This document shows positions 26,924 to 35,811 of a stretch of DNA of 64,000 nt, piece after piece. Each line of letters opens with the position of its first letter. Within the stretch, counting starts at the first letter, position 1. The stretch spans positions 108,441 through 172,440 of the forward strand of contig DATLFB010000044.1 of NCBI GenBank assembly GCA_035525285.1, read 5' to 3'. The DNA comes from Thermoanaerobaculia bacterium. GTDB taxonomy: Bacteria > Acidobacteriota > Thermoanaerobaculia > Gp7-AA8. Position numbers and translations under genes: made by a program. A model generated the notes under the pieces. It had not been told where the DNA came from. It was given only the letters and a program-made list of their open reading frames with translations, and made no database searches.

Positions 26924-27687
26924 ACCGCCTTCATCGCGAGCGAGAGGATCTCGCGGTGCGTGAAGTAGTTCACCGCCGGATCGTCGAGGTGGAACGTGTA
27001 GGTGAAGCGCTCGTCGTTGTCGGCGATGAAGGTGAAGTGGAAGTAGCGGTTCTCCGTCCCTTCACCGAACTCCTTGATGTTCGCCGCGTGCCCGCGATCC
27101 TCCTCGGCCTTCAGCACGCGATAGAGCTTGTGCGCGCTGATCGGCAGGTCGTCCGGCGGGTAGTGGATGAACTGGATCGCATAGATCGACTTCGGATCGA
27201 TCTCGCGCTGCGGGTAGTCCTGCATCGCGTCGCCCGCGACGCCGGTGAACCACGTCTCGTCTTCCTTGAAGAGGACCAAGTTCGCGGAGTTCTCGGTCAT
27301 GGGCAGCGCGCCGCGGTCGAGGTGGATGTGCTGTTCGGGGTCGGTCGCGTCACGCAGCTGCGTGAGGAGATCGATCAGGTACTGGAGGCCTTCCTTCGTG
27401 CCGGTGAAGGCGACTTCGTCGTCCTCGTCGGAGATCCAGATGTCGAGCCACGCATCCTTCGGAAGCTTGACGCGGCCTTCGAGCGCATCGCGCGTGATGG
27501 CGGCAAAGCCGAGGCGCTTCGCGGCGGCGAGCAGGAACTCGTTGCAGTGCGGATCTTCGATCAGATGCTGCCGCGCGTACTCGATCGCCGCCTCATAGGC
27601 GCCCTTGCGGCCGAAGTCGTGGCTCAGATCGAACGGGCCGATGAGCTGGTCGAGAAGCTGCGCGTGGCGCTCTGCGGGTTTGGACAT
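26920..27687 (-). CDS. hypothetical cytoplasmic protein, 255 aa; its stop overlaps the ankyrin gene start (ATGA)
   Basis: A long ORF translationally coupled to the ankyrin gene. No domain recognised. Confidence 0.55.
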   Translation of the reverse strand: MSKPAERHAQLLDQLIGPFDLSHDFGRKGAYEAAIEYARQHLIEDPHCNEFLLAAAKRLGFAAITRDALEGRVKLPKDAWLDIWISDEDDEVAFTGTKEGLQYLIDLLTQLRDATDPEQHIHLDRGALPMTENSANLVLFKEDETWFTGVAGDAMQDYPQREIDPKSIYAIQFIHYPPDDLPISAHKLYRVLKAEEDRGHAANIKEFGEGTENRYFHFTFIADNDERFTYTFHLDDPAVNYFTHREILSLAMKAV

Positions 27688-27729
27688 AGGTCAGCGTGTA
27701 AACCACCGGCAGCGTACCATATGTTCCGC

Positions 27730-27810
27730 GGGTTGCCCGGTAACCCGGTTGCCCGGTTTCCCAGTGTGTTTTTCTCCGGGCAACCGGGCGACTGGGCAAC
27801 CGGGCAACCA
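27730..27810. repeat. octamer mirror-array element (CCGGTTGC/GCAACCGG family)
   Basis: gggttgcccggtaacccggttgcccggtttcccagtgtg...ccgggcaaccgggcgactgggcaaccgggcaacc. Confidence 0.85.
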
Positions 27811-27814
27811 CACC

Positions 27815-28384
27815 TCACCCCACTGTGCGATCCCGCGCCCTCCAGTCCTTTTCCATGTCCGCGAGGAAGCTCGACAGATCGTCCGCGTGCTCCTCTTCGA
27901 CCGCCAGGATCGACTCGAGCATCCGGCGCGTGGTGATGTCGTCGTCGCCGATGTAGCGGATCATTTCCGTGTAGGAATCGATGGCCACGCGCTCGGCGAC
28001 GAGGTCTTCGCGGATCATCTCGACGAGAGTGTTTCCCTCCACGTACTCGGAGTGCGAGCGCGTCAGCAGCCCGTCGGGACTGAAGTTCGGCGAGCCGCCG
28101 AGCTGCACGATGCGCGCGGCGATCTGATCGGCGTGTCCCTGCTCTTCATTCGCATGCGTGAGGAATTCCGAGGCGATCGGATCGGCGTGGATGCCCTGGG
28201 CCATGAAGTAGTGGCGCTTGTAGCGGAGCACGCAGACGATCTCGGTCGCGAGCGCCTCGTTGAGGATCCTGATCACCGTCTCGCGGTTCGCGCGGTAGCC
28301 ATCGGTGACAGCGCCCGTCTCGATGTGCTGCCGGGCCCGGCGGCGCAACTCCTGGACGTCGGTGAGGAACGGCTTGTCGGTCAT
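27815..28384 (-). CDS. bacterioferritin-like (ferritin-like diiron) protein
   Basis: It aligns by eye to Bfr (LNEALATEIVCVLRYKRHYFMAQG, EEQGHADQIAARIVQLGG, ILAVEEEHADDL). Confidence 0.75.
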   Translation of the reverse strand: MTDKPFLTDVQELRRRARQHIETGAVTDGYRANRETVIRILNEALATEIVCVLRYKRHYFMAQGIHADPIASEFLTHANEEQGHADQIAARIVQLGGSPNFSPDGLLTRSHSEYVEGNTLVEMIREDLVAERVAIDSYTEMIRYIGDDDITTRRMLESILAVEEEHADDLSSFLADMEKDWRARDRTVG

Positions 28385-29104
28385 GTACTTCTACCTCCGG
28401 CCGCGTCCGTTGCAAACCTCAATCCGCTCCGCGGGTGCGGGTGGGTGTCGGACGTGATCGCCGCTGCACGACCGCTCGGTCGATCAGGTGCTGCGCGCGC
28501 GGCGGGTCATTGTTTCGACCCCCGGCGTCGTGCTTGGCACCGTCATCTATAATTGTCTGGCGCAACGATGGCTGTATCCCGAAGCGCTCTGGACTGGATG
28601 GCATATTGGCGAACGCAATTCCCTCAGATGTGGACCGGATCTACCGTGACTGGAACTGGTATAGGAAGCTTTGGTGGTTCCTTCATTACCTAATCGGTAG
28701 CATCGGCGTTGTTGCATCGATAACGGCAGCAAATAAGCCTCAGTTCTTGCAGGCGTTTCCTGACGTCCTGAGCGGCATTGCGTGGCTGTCGGCTCTATGT
28801 GTAACGCTGCTTGTCTTTCTGGAGCCGAAGAAGCGTGCGCGCGCTTATGCCGCGGCATGGCGGCTGCTGAATACAGAGACAGGGAGATTCCGTAACGCGC
28901 CAGCCAACACCCCACCAGCTAGCCTTTTTGACGTCATCGCGCAAGGCGAAGAGTTCATCGCGAAGCTCGATGGGTAGTTATTGCGATCATCCGTACCACG
29001 ATCCGAACGGGTCGCGTGTTTCATGGCTACTGAGTTCCGCAGACGTCGGTGAGGAACGGCTGACCAGTCCTCCCCGCCGCGCCTGTTGCAAACCGTCAAT
29101 CCGC
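28354..29104. mobile_element. low-GC islet of about 0.6 kb flanked by imperfect direct repeats of about 65 bp that duplicate the bfr 5' end and upstream region
   Basis: GACGTCGGTGAGGAACGGCT...GTTGCAAACC(T/G)TCAATCCGC occurs at 28354-28427 and again at 29042-29104. The DNA between the copies is visibly more AT-rich than its neighbours (roughly 52% versus about 68% GC). Confidence 0.6.
28603..28977 (+). CDS. small two-helix membrane protein encoded in the low-GC islet
   Basis: Two hydrophobic helices are present (WWFLHYLIGSIGVVASITAA and GIAWLSALCVTLLVFL). The start is uncertain (TTG at 28603 or GTG at about 28627). The ORF-track start at 28435 reads through the duplicated bfr upstream region and is unlikely. 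Confidence 0.4.
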   Translation: MLANAIPSDVDRIYRDWNWYRKLWWFLHYLIGSIGVVASITAANKPQFLQAFPDVLSGIAWLSALCVTLLVFLEPKKRARAYAAAWRLLNTETGRFRNAPANTPPASLFDVIAQGEEFIAKLDG

Positions 29105-30226
29105 GCCGAAGCGAGTGCGGCTCGCATCATATCTGCGCCCGCGCCATTCGAGCCGGCGCCGGACTCCCGTCAGCCAGAGCGAACGCAGCAGTATCCAGCT
29201 CCACACGCAGGTCATGAGCGGGTGGCCCAACATAGCGTTGTCGAGGCGAGAGCACCGTAGCGCGATGAAAAGAATGGAGCGACTGACACCGATGATCAGA
29301 ATCGTCGTGATGGCAACCCAGTCACCAGACAGTGCAAGGACGTATGGCAGCAAGTGAAAGATTCCGGTTAGGACTAGGAAGAAGAGAGCGATCGCGTAGT
29401 TGCGATTGAGAACCGCGAACATGTTCTTCGTGAAGCCGCGGACGATCTCGCCGAGGCCGTGGTACATCCGGACAGAGACGAAGTCGTCCGCGAGCACCAC
29501 TTCTGTGCGGAATCCGCTACGCCGGAAGAGTGAGCCCAACGCGACGTCGTCGACCACAGCCGCCTTCAGCGCTTCGTGCCCGCCGACCGTTACGTAGTCG
29601 TCGCGGCGCATGAGATTGCCCGTGCCGGCGCCAATGCCAAGGAACGGAATGCGGCTGTGGTTGACCAGCCAGAGGGGAATCATCGTGAACGCGAAGACGG
29701 CGAGGTTCGGCATCGCGATGTGCTCCCAGAAACCGTGCATCTCGAAACGCGGGAGGAGCGTGATCATCGGCAGATCGCGCTCCTCGAGGTGCGCGACCGC
29801 CGCCGCGATTGCGTCCGGCTCGTAGATCACATCGGCGTCGATGAACAGCAACAGCTCGCCGCGCGCGCGGGCACTCCCCTGCTGCAGCGCCCATGGCTTT
29901 CCGAGCCAGCCCGCCGGCGTCTCTTCGCCGTGGAGGATTGTGAGGCGCGAGTCTTCCTGGGCAACACGCGCGAGGATCTCGCCGGTCGCGTCGGTCGAGC
30001 GGTCGTCGATCACAATCACCTCGAGCGCGGGGTACGTCTGCGCGAGCAGCGCACGCACGGTGCGCTCGACGGCGCGCTCTTCATTCCGCGCGGGAACGAT
30101 CACCGAGACGAGCGGCGTGCGCTCGGGCATCCGGGGGCGGAGGCGTGGAACGAGGAGCAGATTGAGGATGGTGCGGCCGAGGGCGAGGAGCCAGGTAAAG
30201 AGGATGAGCCAAGCTAGCGCGCGCAT
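29096..30226 (-). CDS. membrane glycosyltransferase family 2
   Basis: Contains VSVIVPARNEE and VIVIDDRSTD (DxD), with multiple C-terminal TM helices. Confidence 0.8.
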   Translation of the reverse strand: MRALAWLILFTWLLALGRTILNLLLVPRLRPRMPERTPLVSVIVPARNEERAVERTVRALLAQTYPALEVIVIDDRSTDATGEILARVAQEDSRLTILHGEETPAGWLGKPWALQQGSARARGELLLFIDADVIYEPDAIAAAVAHLEERDLPMITLLPRFEMHGFWEHIAMPNLAVFAFTMIPLWLVNHSRIPFLGIGAGTGNLMRRDDYVTVGGHEALKAAVVDDVALGSLFRRSGFRTEVVLADDFVSVRMYHGLGEIVRGFTKNMFAVLNRNYAIALFFLVLTGIFHLLPYVLALSGDWVAITTILIIGVSRSILFIALRCSRLDNAMLGHPLMTCVWSWILLRSLWLTGVRRRLEWRGRRYDASRTRFGAD

Positions 30227-30227
30227 G

Positions 30228-30322
30228 AGGTTCGAGGTTCGAGGTTCGAGGTTCGAGGTCAGAATGAAGAGGCAGTCTCTCTCTTCATTCGTCCTTCGAA
30301 CCTCGCACCTCGAACCTCGGCT
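30228..30322. repeat. mirror tandem-array hairpin: (GAGGTTC)x5, a spacer, then GAACCTC units
   Basis: gaggttcgaggttcgaggttcgaggttcgaggtc...ccttcgaacctcgcacctcgaacctcgg. Confidence 0.9.
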
Positions 30323-30328
30323 TCTAGC

Positions 30329-31045
30329 TTACGCTCCTGCTCTTCGCGCCGCTTCGACCGCGTACGGCGAGTCGGGGAACTCGGTCGTGATGCGGCGATA
30401 CGCTTCGCGCGACTTCGCCGCATTGCCCTGCACGTCGTACGCGTGTGCGAGCAGGATCAGCAGCGTGTCGCCCGGCAGCACCGGCTCGCTCTTGCCGATC
30501 TCCGCGTTCAGCTCCGCGGCCACCTGCGCGGCTTCGCCGCTGTCGATGCGCAGCTGATAGAGGCTGTAGCGCGCCGAGCCGGCGAGCACGTGATCGCCGT
30601 GATCGTCGATGAACTCCGTGAGCATCTTCTTCGCGGCGGCGAGGTCGCCCTTCGACGCGGCGATGCGCGCGAGATAGAGGCTCCCGACGTCGGCGGCGTC
30701 GGTGCCGCCGTGCTTCGCCGCGATGTCCTTGAACATCCGCTCGGAGGCCGCGGTGCGCTCCTGCTCGGTCTTGAACTTCGGGCCGGGCTGCGGCTGCTGG
30801 TTCGGCTGCTGCGCCGTCTCGACCGTTGCGTCGGCGGTCTCAATCGCCGCGGCCAGCGCCTGCTGCGCCTTCTCCTCGCGCGAGGAGCGGTAGAAGTAGA
30901 TGCCGTAGACGATCACCGCGACGGCGAGGATGCCGCCCGCGATGCTGTAGAGGAGGCGCTGGTTCTGCTGCGCCCGGGCCGAAAGCGCGCCGATCTCATC
31001 GACGAACTTGTCGTGCTTGAGGTCATGCCGGTGTTGACGATCCAT
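30329..31045 (-). CDS. membrane-anchored tetratricopeptide-repeat protein (YfgM-like)
   Basis: One TM helix (LLYSIAGGILAVAVIVYGIYFY) is followed by TPR-like helices. Start placed at MDRQ. Confidence 0.6.
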   Translation of the reverse strand: MDRQHRHDLKHDKFVDEIGALSARAQQNQRLLYSIAGGILAVAVIVYGIYFYRSSREEKAQQALAAAIETADATVETAQQPNQQPQPGPKFKTEQERTAASERMFKDIAAKHGGTDAADVGSLYLARIAASKGDLAAAKKMLTEFIDDHGDHVLAGSARYSLYQLRIDSGEAAQVAAELNAEIGKSEPVLPGDTLLILLAHAYDVQGNAAKSREAYRRITTEFPDSPYAVEAARRAGA

Positions 31046-31120
31046 GGGAGAGAAAAGCCTCCGTGCGAAGAGCGGGAACTCTGGTTCGTCCGCGCGCAAC
31101 CGTCAACGTCTCAGGAGGAT

Positions 31121-31212
31121 TCCCGGTTGCCCGGTTGCCCGGTTGCCCGGTTGCCCGGTAGCCCGGTAAGCGGCACACTGGGAAACCGGGCGACTGGGCA
31201 ACCGGGCAACTC
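31121..31212. repeat. octamer mirror-array element (CCGGTTGC/GCAACCGG family), in the opposite orientation to the copy at 27730
   Basis: cccggttgcccggttgcccggttgcccggttgcccggtagcccggtaagcggcacactgggaaaccgggcgactgggcaaccgggcaac. The core cacactggg here is the reverse complement of cccagtgtg at 27760. Confidence 0.85.
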
Positions 31213-31251
31213 GTGCCCAAGCGGTACAATCGTTGCACCCGGAGCGAGACT

Positions 31252-32433
31252 ATGACCGCGCCGCGCGCGTTATCGTTCACGATCCTCGCCGTTTTCCTGA
31301 CCGCCAGCGCCTTCGCGGCCCCGCGCCGCGTCGCGGACGAGCATCCGACGGCGACGGTGCTCTGCTATCACATCGTCGAGGCGCCCGCCGCGCCGAAGAT
31401 GCACATCACGCGCGACGTGTTCCGTCAGCATCTCCGCTATCTCGAGATGACCGGCTACAACGTGATTCCGCTGCGCGAGCTGTACGAGTACGTCACCGGC
31501 AAGCGCGCGTCGATTCCGAAGAACGCGGTGGTGATCACGATCGACGACGGCTGGCGCAGTACGTACACGGAGGCCTTCCCCGAGCTGCAGAAGCGCAAAT
31601 TTCCGTTCACCGTCTTCATTTATCCGAAGATCATCGGGAAGACCGCGAACGCCTTGTCGTGGACGCAGATCCGGGAGATGGCCGAGGCGGGCGTCGACAT
31701 TCAAAGCCATTCGCTCTCGCATCCCTATCTGACGAAGCGCCACCATCGCTCGTTCGACGACGAGGGCTACGCGAAGTGGGTGACCCGCGAGCTCGCCGAG
31801 AGCAAGCGCATTCTCGAGAAGGAGACCGGACGGAAGGTGCAGTTCCTCGCCTATCCGTACGGCGACTATGACGCGCGCCTCGCGAAGTACGTGACGAAGG
31901 CCGGCTACTCCGCCGCGCTGACGTGCAACTTCGGGCGGGTGAAGAAAGGCAGCAACCCGCTGGAGATGCGCCGGTTCGTGATCGATGACCGCATGGATTT
32001 CGCCGCCTTCCGCCGTTACCTCGGCGCCTCGCCGCTGCAGATCGCCGCGATGACGCCGAAGCCGGGCCCTCTCCTCGATCCCGGCGTTTCGGTGGTGTCC
32101 GCGAAGATCCCCGCACACGAGGCGCTCGATCCGAAGTCCGTCGGCATGGCTCTGCTCAGCCTCGGCGCCGCGAAGCCGTACTCGTACGACGCGCGCACCG
32201 GCGAGGTCACGCTCACTCTCAGCGACGCGATCGGCTCTCTGCCGTCGAAGTTTCACCGCGCGGTGGTGTGGGGCACGGAGCTGAAGACCGGCAAGCGCGT
32301 GGAAGCGACGTGGGTCTTCCGCGTGGGACCGCCGCCAACGCCGCCGCCTTCCGCACCGCCCGCGGCGCCCGCCGCCGCGGTCACGGCCGCTGCCGCGAGC
32401 GCAGACCCTCTCGGCGGCTCGCCGAAACGCTGA
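31252..32433 (+). CDS. polysaccharide deacetylase (NodB homology) family protein
   Basis: A signal peptide is followed by VLCYHIV, TIDDGW, and a metal-binding HSLSHP motif. Confidence 0.8.
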   Translation: MTAPRALSFTILAVFLTASAFAAPRRVADEHPTATVLCYHIVEAPAAPKMHITRDVFRQHLRYLEMTGYNVIPLRELYEYVTGKRASIPKNAVVITIDDGWRSTYTEAFPELQKRKFPFTVFIYPKIIGKTANALSWTQIREMAEAGVDIQSHSLSHPYLTKRHHRSFDDEGYAKWVTRELAESKRILEKETGRKVQFLAYPYGDYDARLAKYVTKAGYSAALTCNFGRVKKGSNPLEMRRFVIDDRMDFAAFRRYLGASPLQIAAMTPKPGPLLDPGVSVVSAKIPAHEALDPKSVGMALLSLGAAKPYSYDARTGEVTLTLSDAIGSLPSKFHRAVVWGTELKTGKRVEATWVFRVGPPPTPPPSAPPAAPAAAVTAAAASADPLGGSPKR

Positions 32434-32434
32434 G

Positions 32435-32728
32435 TCACTTCGGCAGCTTGATCTTCGGCTTCTCCTCGCGCGCGCGGTAGAGAATCGCGATCTTCCCGAC
32501 CGTCCCCACGAGCTGCGAGTCCGTCTCTCCCGCGAGCTTCTCCGCGAGCGCGCGCCGCGCGTCGCCTTCGTCGAGATCGACGCGAGCCTTGATCAGCTCA
32601 TGCGCCTCGAGCGACTTCTTCGTCTCCGCGATGACAGCCGGCGTGAGGCCACCTTTGCCGAGGCGGACGATCGGCGAGAGCGGATGAGCGAGGCCTTTGA
32701 GGAACTGGCGCTGTCTGGTGGTGAGCAC
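32435..32728 (-). CDS. yhbY: RNA-binding protein YhbY (CRM domain)
   Basis: LTTRQRQFLKGLAHPLSPIVRLGKGGLT...GKIAILYR matches the CRS1/YhbY fold. Confidence 0.8.
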   Translation of the reverse strand: MLTTRQRQFLKGLAHPLSPIVRLGKGGLTPAVIAETKKSLEAHELIKARVDLDEGDARRALAEKLAGETDSQLVGTVGKIAILYRAREEKPKIKLPK

Positions 32729-32775
32729 GGGGGAATCTTATCGAGCTGGCGCGCCGCAGAGATAAAATCCTGCGC

Positions 32776-33009
32776 ATGGGCCGCAAGCTGGAAGAGATCG
32801 CGTCAGAGGCGTTGGGGATGAATATCGAGTCTCGCGCCGCGCTCGCGAAGCAATTGCTCGACAGCCTCGATGACCTCACTGCTGACGAACATGATCGCCT
32901 GTGGGCGGAAGAAGCCGCTCGGCGTTATCAGCAGTTGAAAGCCGGAACCGCCACGTCAACCGCGTCGGAGGATGTCTTCGCGAGACTGGACGCGCGACCG
33001 CGTAAATGA
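32776..33009 (+). CDS. putative addiction-module antitoxin (TIGR02574-like)
   Basis: ESRAALAKQLLDSL...DRLWAEEAARRYQQLKAGTATSTASEDVF matches the putative addiction-module-component family. Confidence 0.55.
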   Translation: MGRKLEEIASEALGMNIESRAALAKQLLDSLDDLTADEHDRLWAEEAARRYQQLKAGTATSTASEDVFARLDARPRK

Positions 33010-33139
33010 AGTCGCGGTTCCACGAAGCCGCTGACGCAGAGCTCACGGAAGCCGTTTTGTACTATGACGGCAAGGCCTCCGGGCTGGGCGACCGGTTTCT
33101 GGCAGAGGTCAAGGCCGCTACTCGGACGATCGAGCAATA
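33008..33139 (+). pseudogene. truncated RelE/ParE-family toxin remnant (44 codons, then stop)
   Basis: MKSRFHEAADAELTEAVLYYDGKASGLGDRFLAEVKAATRTIEQ* matches the N-terminal third of ParE-like toxins that pair with this antitoxin family. The C-terminal two thirds are missing. Confidence 0.45.
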
Positions 33140-33766
33140 ACGCGCAGGACTGGAGCGCGATCGGCGCCGTGGCCGACAGCGTGAAGATCATGGCCTACGA
33201 CTACCACTGGAGCACCAGCGCGCCGGGACCGATCTCGCCGCTCACGTGGCTCGCGGACGTCGCGAAGTACGCCGCAGGCACGCTTCCGGGCGGGAAAGGC
33301 GATCATCGGACTGCCGTGGTACGGCTATGACTGGCTCGGCAACGCCGGCGTGGGAGTGACGTACGCGCAGGCGATGACGCAGGCGCAGGTTGCGGGCGCG
33401 ACCGTGAGCCGCGACGTGAACGGCGAGCAGACGTACACGTACAGCAGCCACACGGTGTTCTTCCAGGATGCGACGAGCTATCGCCGGAAGGTCGACGCGG
33501 TGCTCGCCGCGAATCCCGCCGTCGGCGGCTTCGCGCACTGGCGCGTGGGCGCCGAAGATCCGGCGACGTGGGAGATCGTCGGAACCGTGCAGCGCACGGG
33601 CTCGACGCCGATCGAGGAGCCGGCGAAAGACTTCGCGATCAACGGCCCGAGCGCGATGAGCGTCGAGGCCGGCGCGGAGGCGGCGGCGGGCTTCGGGTAC
33701 AGCGGGATCAACGGATTCGCCGACGCGGTCTCAGTGACACGATGGAGAAATCGAAAGCTGCCGTAG
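33140..33766 (+). pseudogene. 3' fragment of a GH18 (chitinase-like) glycoside hydrolase gene, with a frameshift near 33296
   Basis: KIMAYDYHW...PGGK is read in one frame and AIIGLPWYGYDWLGNAGVGVTYAQ in the next. There is no N-terminal catalytic region and no start codon. It abuts the toxin remnant. Confidence 0.5.
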
Positions 33767-33817
33767 CTCAGCAGCAAGGCCCTGTTCGGGACGTGGTCGC
33801 ACCCTGGTTTGATCCGC

Positions 33818-34447
33818 TCACGGCAGCAGGTGATGCTCGACGAGATACCGCACCAGATCCGCGTTGCTCGACATGTTCATCTTCTCGAGCAGGCGGGCGC
33901 GGTAGGTGCCGACGCTCTTGACGCTCAGCGACATGATCGCGGCGATCTCCTTGAGACTCTTCCCCTGACCGATGAGGCGCAGGACCTCGAGCTCGCGCGT
34001 GGAGAGGCGTTCGTGAAGCTCCCGTGGCTGGTCGGACGACAACGACATCGCGATGCGCTCGGCGACGGAGGCACTGATGTATCTACCGCCATCGCTCACG
34101 CGATCCACCGCCGCGAGCAGGTCGGCCGGCGCCGTGTCTTTCGTTACATAACCGGCTGCGCCGTTGCGCAGCGCGCGCAGCGCATAGTCCTCCTCCTGGT
34201 GCATCGTCAGCACGATCACTGGGATCTCCGGCCAGTCGCGACGGATCTGAACGAGCAGGTCGAGACCGCCGCGATCCGGCAGGGACAGGTCGAGCAAAAC
34301 CAGATCCCACCGCTCGCGGGTCAGACTCTCCAGCGTCTCCCGTGCGCTCGACGCTTCACCGAAATGGAACGGCGCCGCCGATCTGGCGAGGATCTGCCTG
34401 ACACCCTGGCGAAAAATGGCGTGGTCGTCGACACACAGAATTCTCAT
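33818..34447 (-). CDS. NarL/LuxR-family response regulator
   Basis: Receiver domain (ILCVDDHAIFRQG...DLVLLDLSLPD) and LuxR helix-turn-helix are present. Confidence 0.85.
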   Translation of the reverse strand: MRILCVDDHAIFRQGVRQILARSAAPFHFGEASSARETLESLTRERWDLVLLDLSLPDRGGLDLLVQIRRDWPEIPVIVLTMHQEEDYALRALRNGAAGYVTKDTAPADLLAAVDRVSDGGRYISASVAERIAMSLSSDQPRELHERLSTRELEVLRLIGQGKSLKEIAAIMSLSVKSVGTYRARLLEKMNMSSNADLVRYLVEHHLLP

Positions 34448-35811
34448 GACTGGAAAGGGTTCCCCGAAACCGGAAGAATGACTCTGACGAGCGTGCCTTT
34501 TCCCTCGCCGGATTCGATCGACACATGTCCACCGAGGAGAAGGGCCCGTTCGCGGATGCCGACGAGTCCGAGCGACTCCGGCGCGGCCACCCTGGCGGGA
34601 TCGATGCCCCGGCCATTGTCGCGGATTTCGAGCCGGATCGATTGATCGTCGCCACTCAGACGTACCTCGACGGTGGACGCAGCGGCGTGACGGACGACGT
34701 TCGCCAGCGCCTCGCGCACGATGCGCAGGATCGTCGAGGCGGTCAGCTGGTCCACGTCGACCGTTTGCGGCGCAACCAGCGAAGCAGAAAGTCCTGCTTT
34801 CTCATTGAGCCTGCGGACCTGATGCTCCAGCGCGGCTTGCAGACCGAGGTCATCGAGGACCAGAGGGCGCAGCTCGGCCGCGATCCGGCGCACCAACTCG
34901 ATCAGCGAATCGATCGACGAACACAGCGAATTCGCCACCGCCGGTGCGATCCGATCGGCGGGGAAATTCCGGATGTCCATTTTGAGGATCGTCAACGCGT
35001 GCCCCAGCTCGTCGTGAATCTCGCGGGAGATCGTGACGCGCTCCTCCTCCTGCACGGAAAGCAGCTTCCTCGACAGCCGGCGCAGCTCATCATGAGAACG
35101 TTGCAGGTCGGAAGCGCGAAGCTCGACATCATCGATCATCGTATTGAAGGACATCGAGAGCCGCCGGACCTCCGCACTGCCGGCGATCCGGACACGTTCG
35201 CGAGTCCGGCCGGAGGTGATGCTCTCCGCGGTCGCCGCGACCGCTCGCAGCGGCCGCGTCAGGTACGTCGAGATGCCGATCACCGCCAGCACGCCAACCC
35301 CGAGGACCAGGACGCTCATCAGGACCACGGCGATGCGAGCGTTGCGGATCTCCCGTTTCAAACGCTGCAACGACATGCCGACGTAAAGACGGGCGATGGA
35401 CCGGCCGTCGTGAATCGTCTTCATCCCTTCGTACATGGAACCGTCGGCGGAGATTGCCGCACCGTCATTCGTCCTGCGCATTGCCGGCGGCGACGCACGC
35501 TCGCCATGGAACTGGGTGATGATTTCATCCGTGCCGGCGACCACGATGTAAACGACATCCTCGTCGCGCATCGTCGCGCTGAGCGCTTCCTCCAGAGCGT
35601 CGGCGTCCCGGAGGTAGACAGCCGGATGGATCGTGAAGGCGGTCAGATCGAGGATTGCGCTCATCTTGTACGACATCAGCGCGATCGCCTCGCGCTCGAG
35701 ACGCGCGGGGAAATGGAATCCCACGAACGAGAGGAGAATCACCAGAAGCAGTCCCATGGCAACGGACAGCTGTACACGGAACGAAAGCGCCGGCCGCGGA
35801 AGCTGCGTCAC
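34444..35811 (-). CDS. sensor histidine kinase (HisKA_3 / HATPase_c)
   Basis: A TM helix, a periplasmic region and a HAMP-like segment precede the H-box EIHDELGHALTILKMD. C-terminal ATPase motifs are present. Confidence 0.8.
   Translation of the reverse strand: MTQLPRPALSFRVQLSVAMGLLLVILLSFVGFHFPARLEREAIALMSYKMSAILDLTAFTIHPAVYLRDADALEEALSATMRDEDVVYIVVAGTDEIITQFHGERASPPAMRRTNDGAAISADGSMYEGMKTIHDGRSIARLYVGMSLQRLKREIRNARIAVVLMSVLVLGVGVLAVIGISTYLTRPLRAVAATAESITSGRTRERVRIAGSAEVRRLSMSFNTMIDDVELRASDLQRSHDELRRLSRKLLSVQEEERVTISREIHDELGHALTILKMDIRNFPADRIAPAVANSLCSSIDSLIELVRRIAAELRPLVLDDLGLQAALEHQVRRLNEKAGLSASLVAPQTVDVDQLTASTILRIVREALANVVRHAAASTVEVRLSGDDQSIRLEIRDNGRGIDPARVAAPESLGLVGIRERALLLGGHVSIESGEGKGTLVRVILPVSGNPFQS

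Noticed and set aside
28435-28602. N-terminal 56 codons of the ORF-track entry 28435..28977
   Set aside because: This stretch reads through the duplicated bfr upstream repeat and is Arg/Cys-rich with no hydrophobic signal. An internal TTG or GTG start is more plausible.
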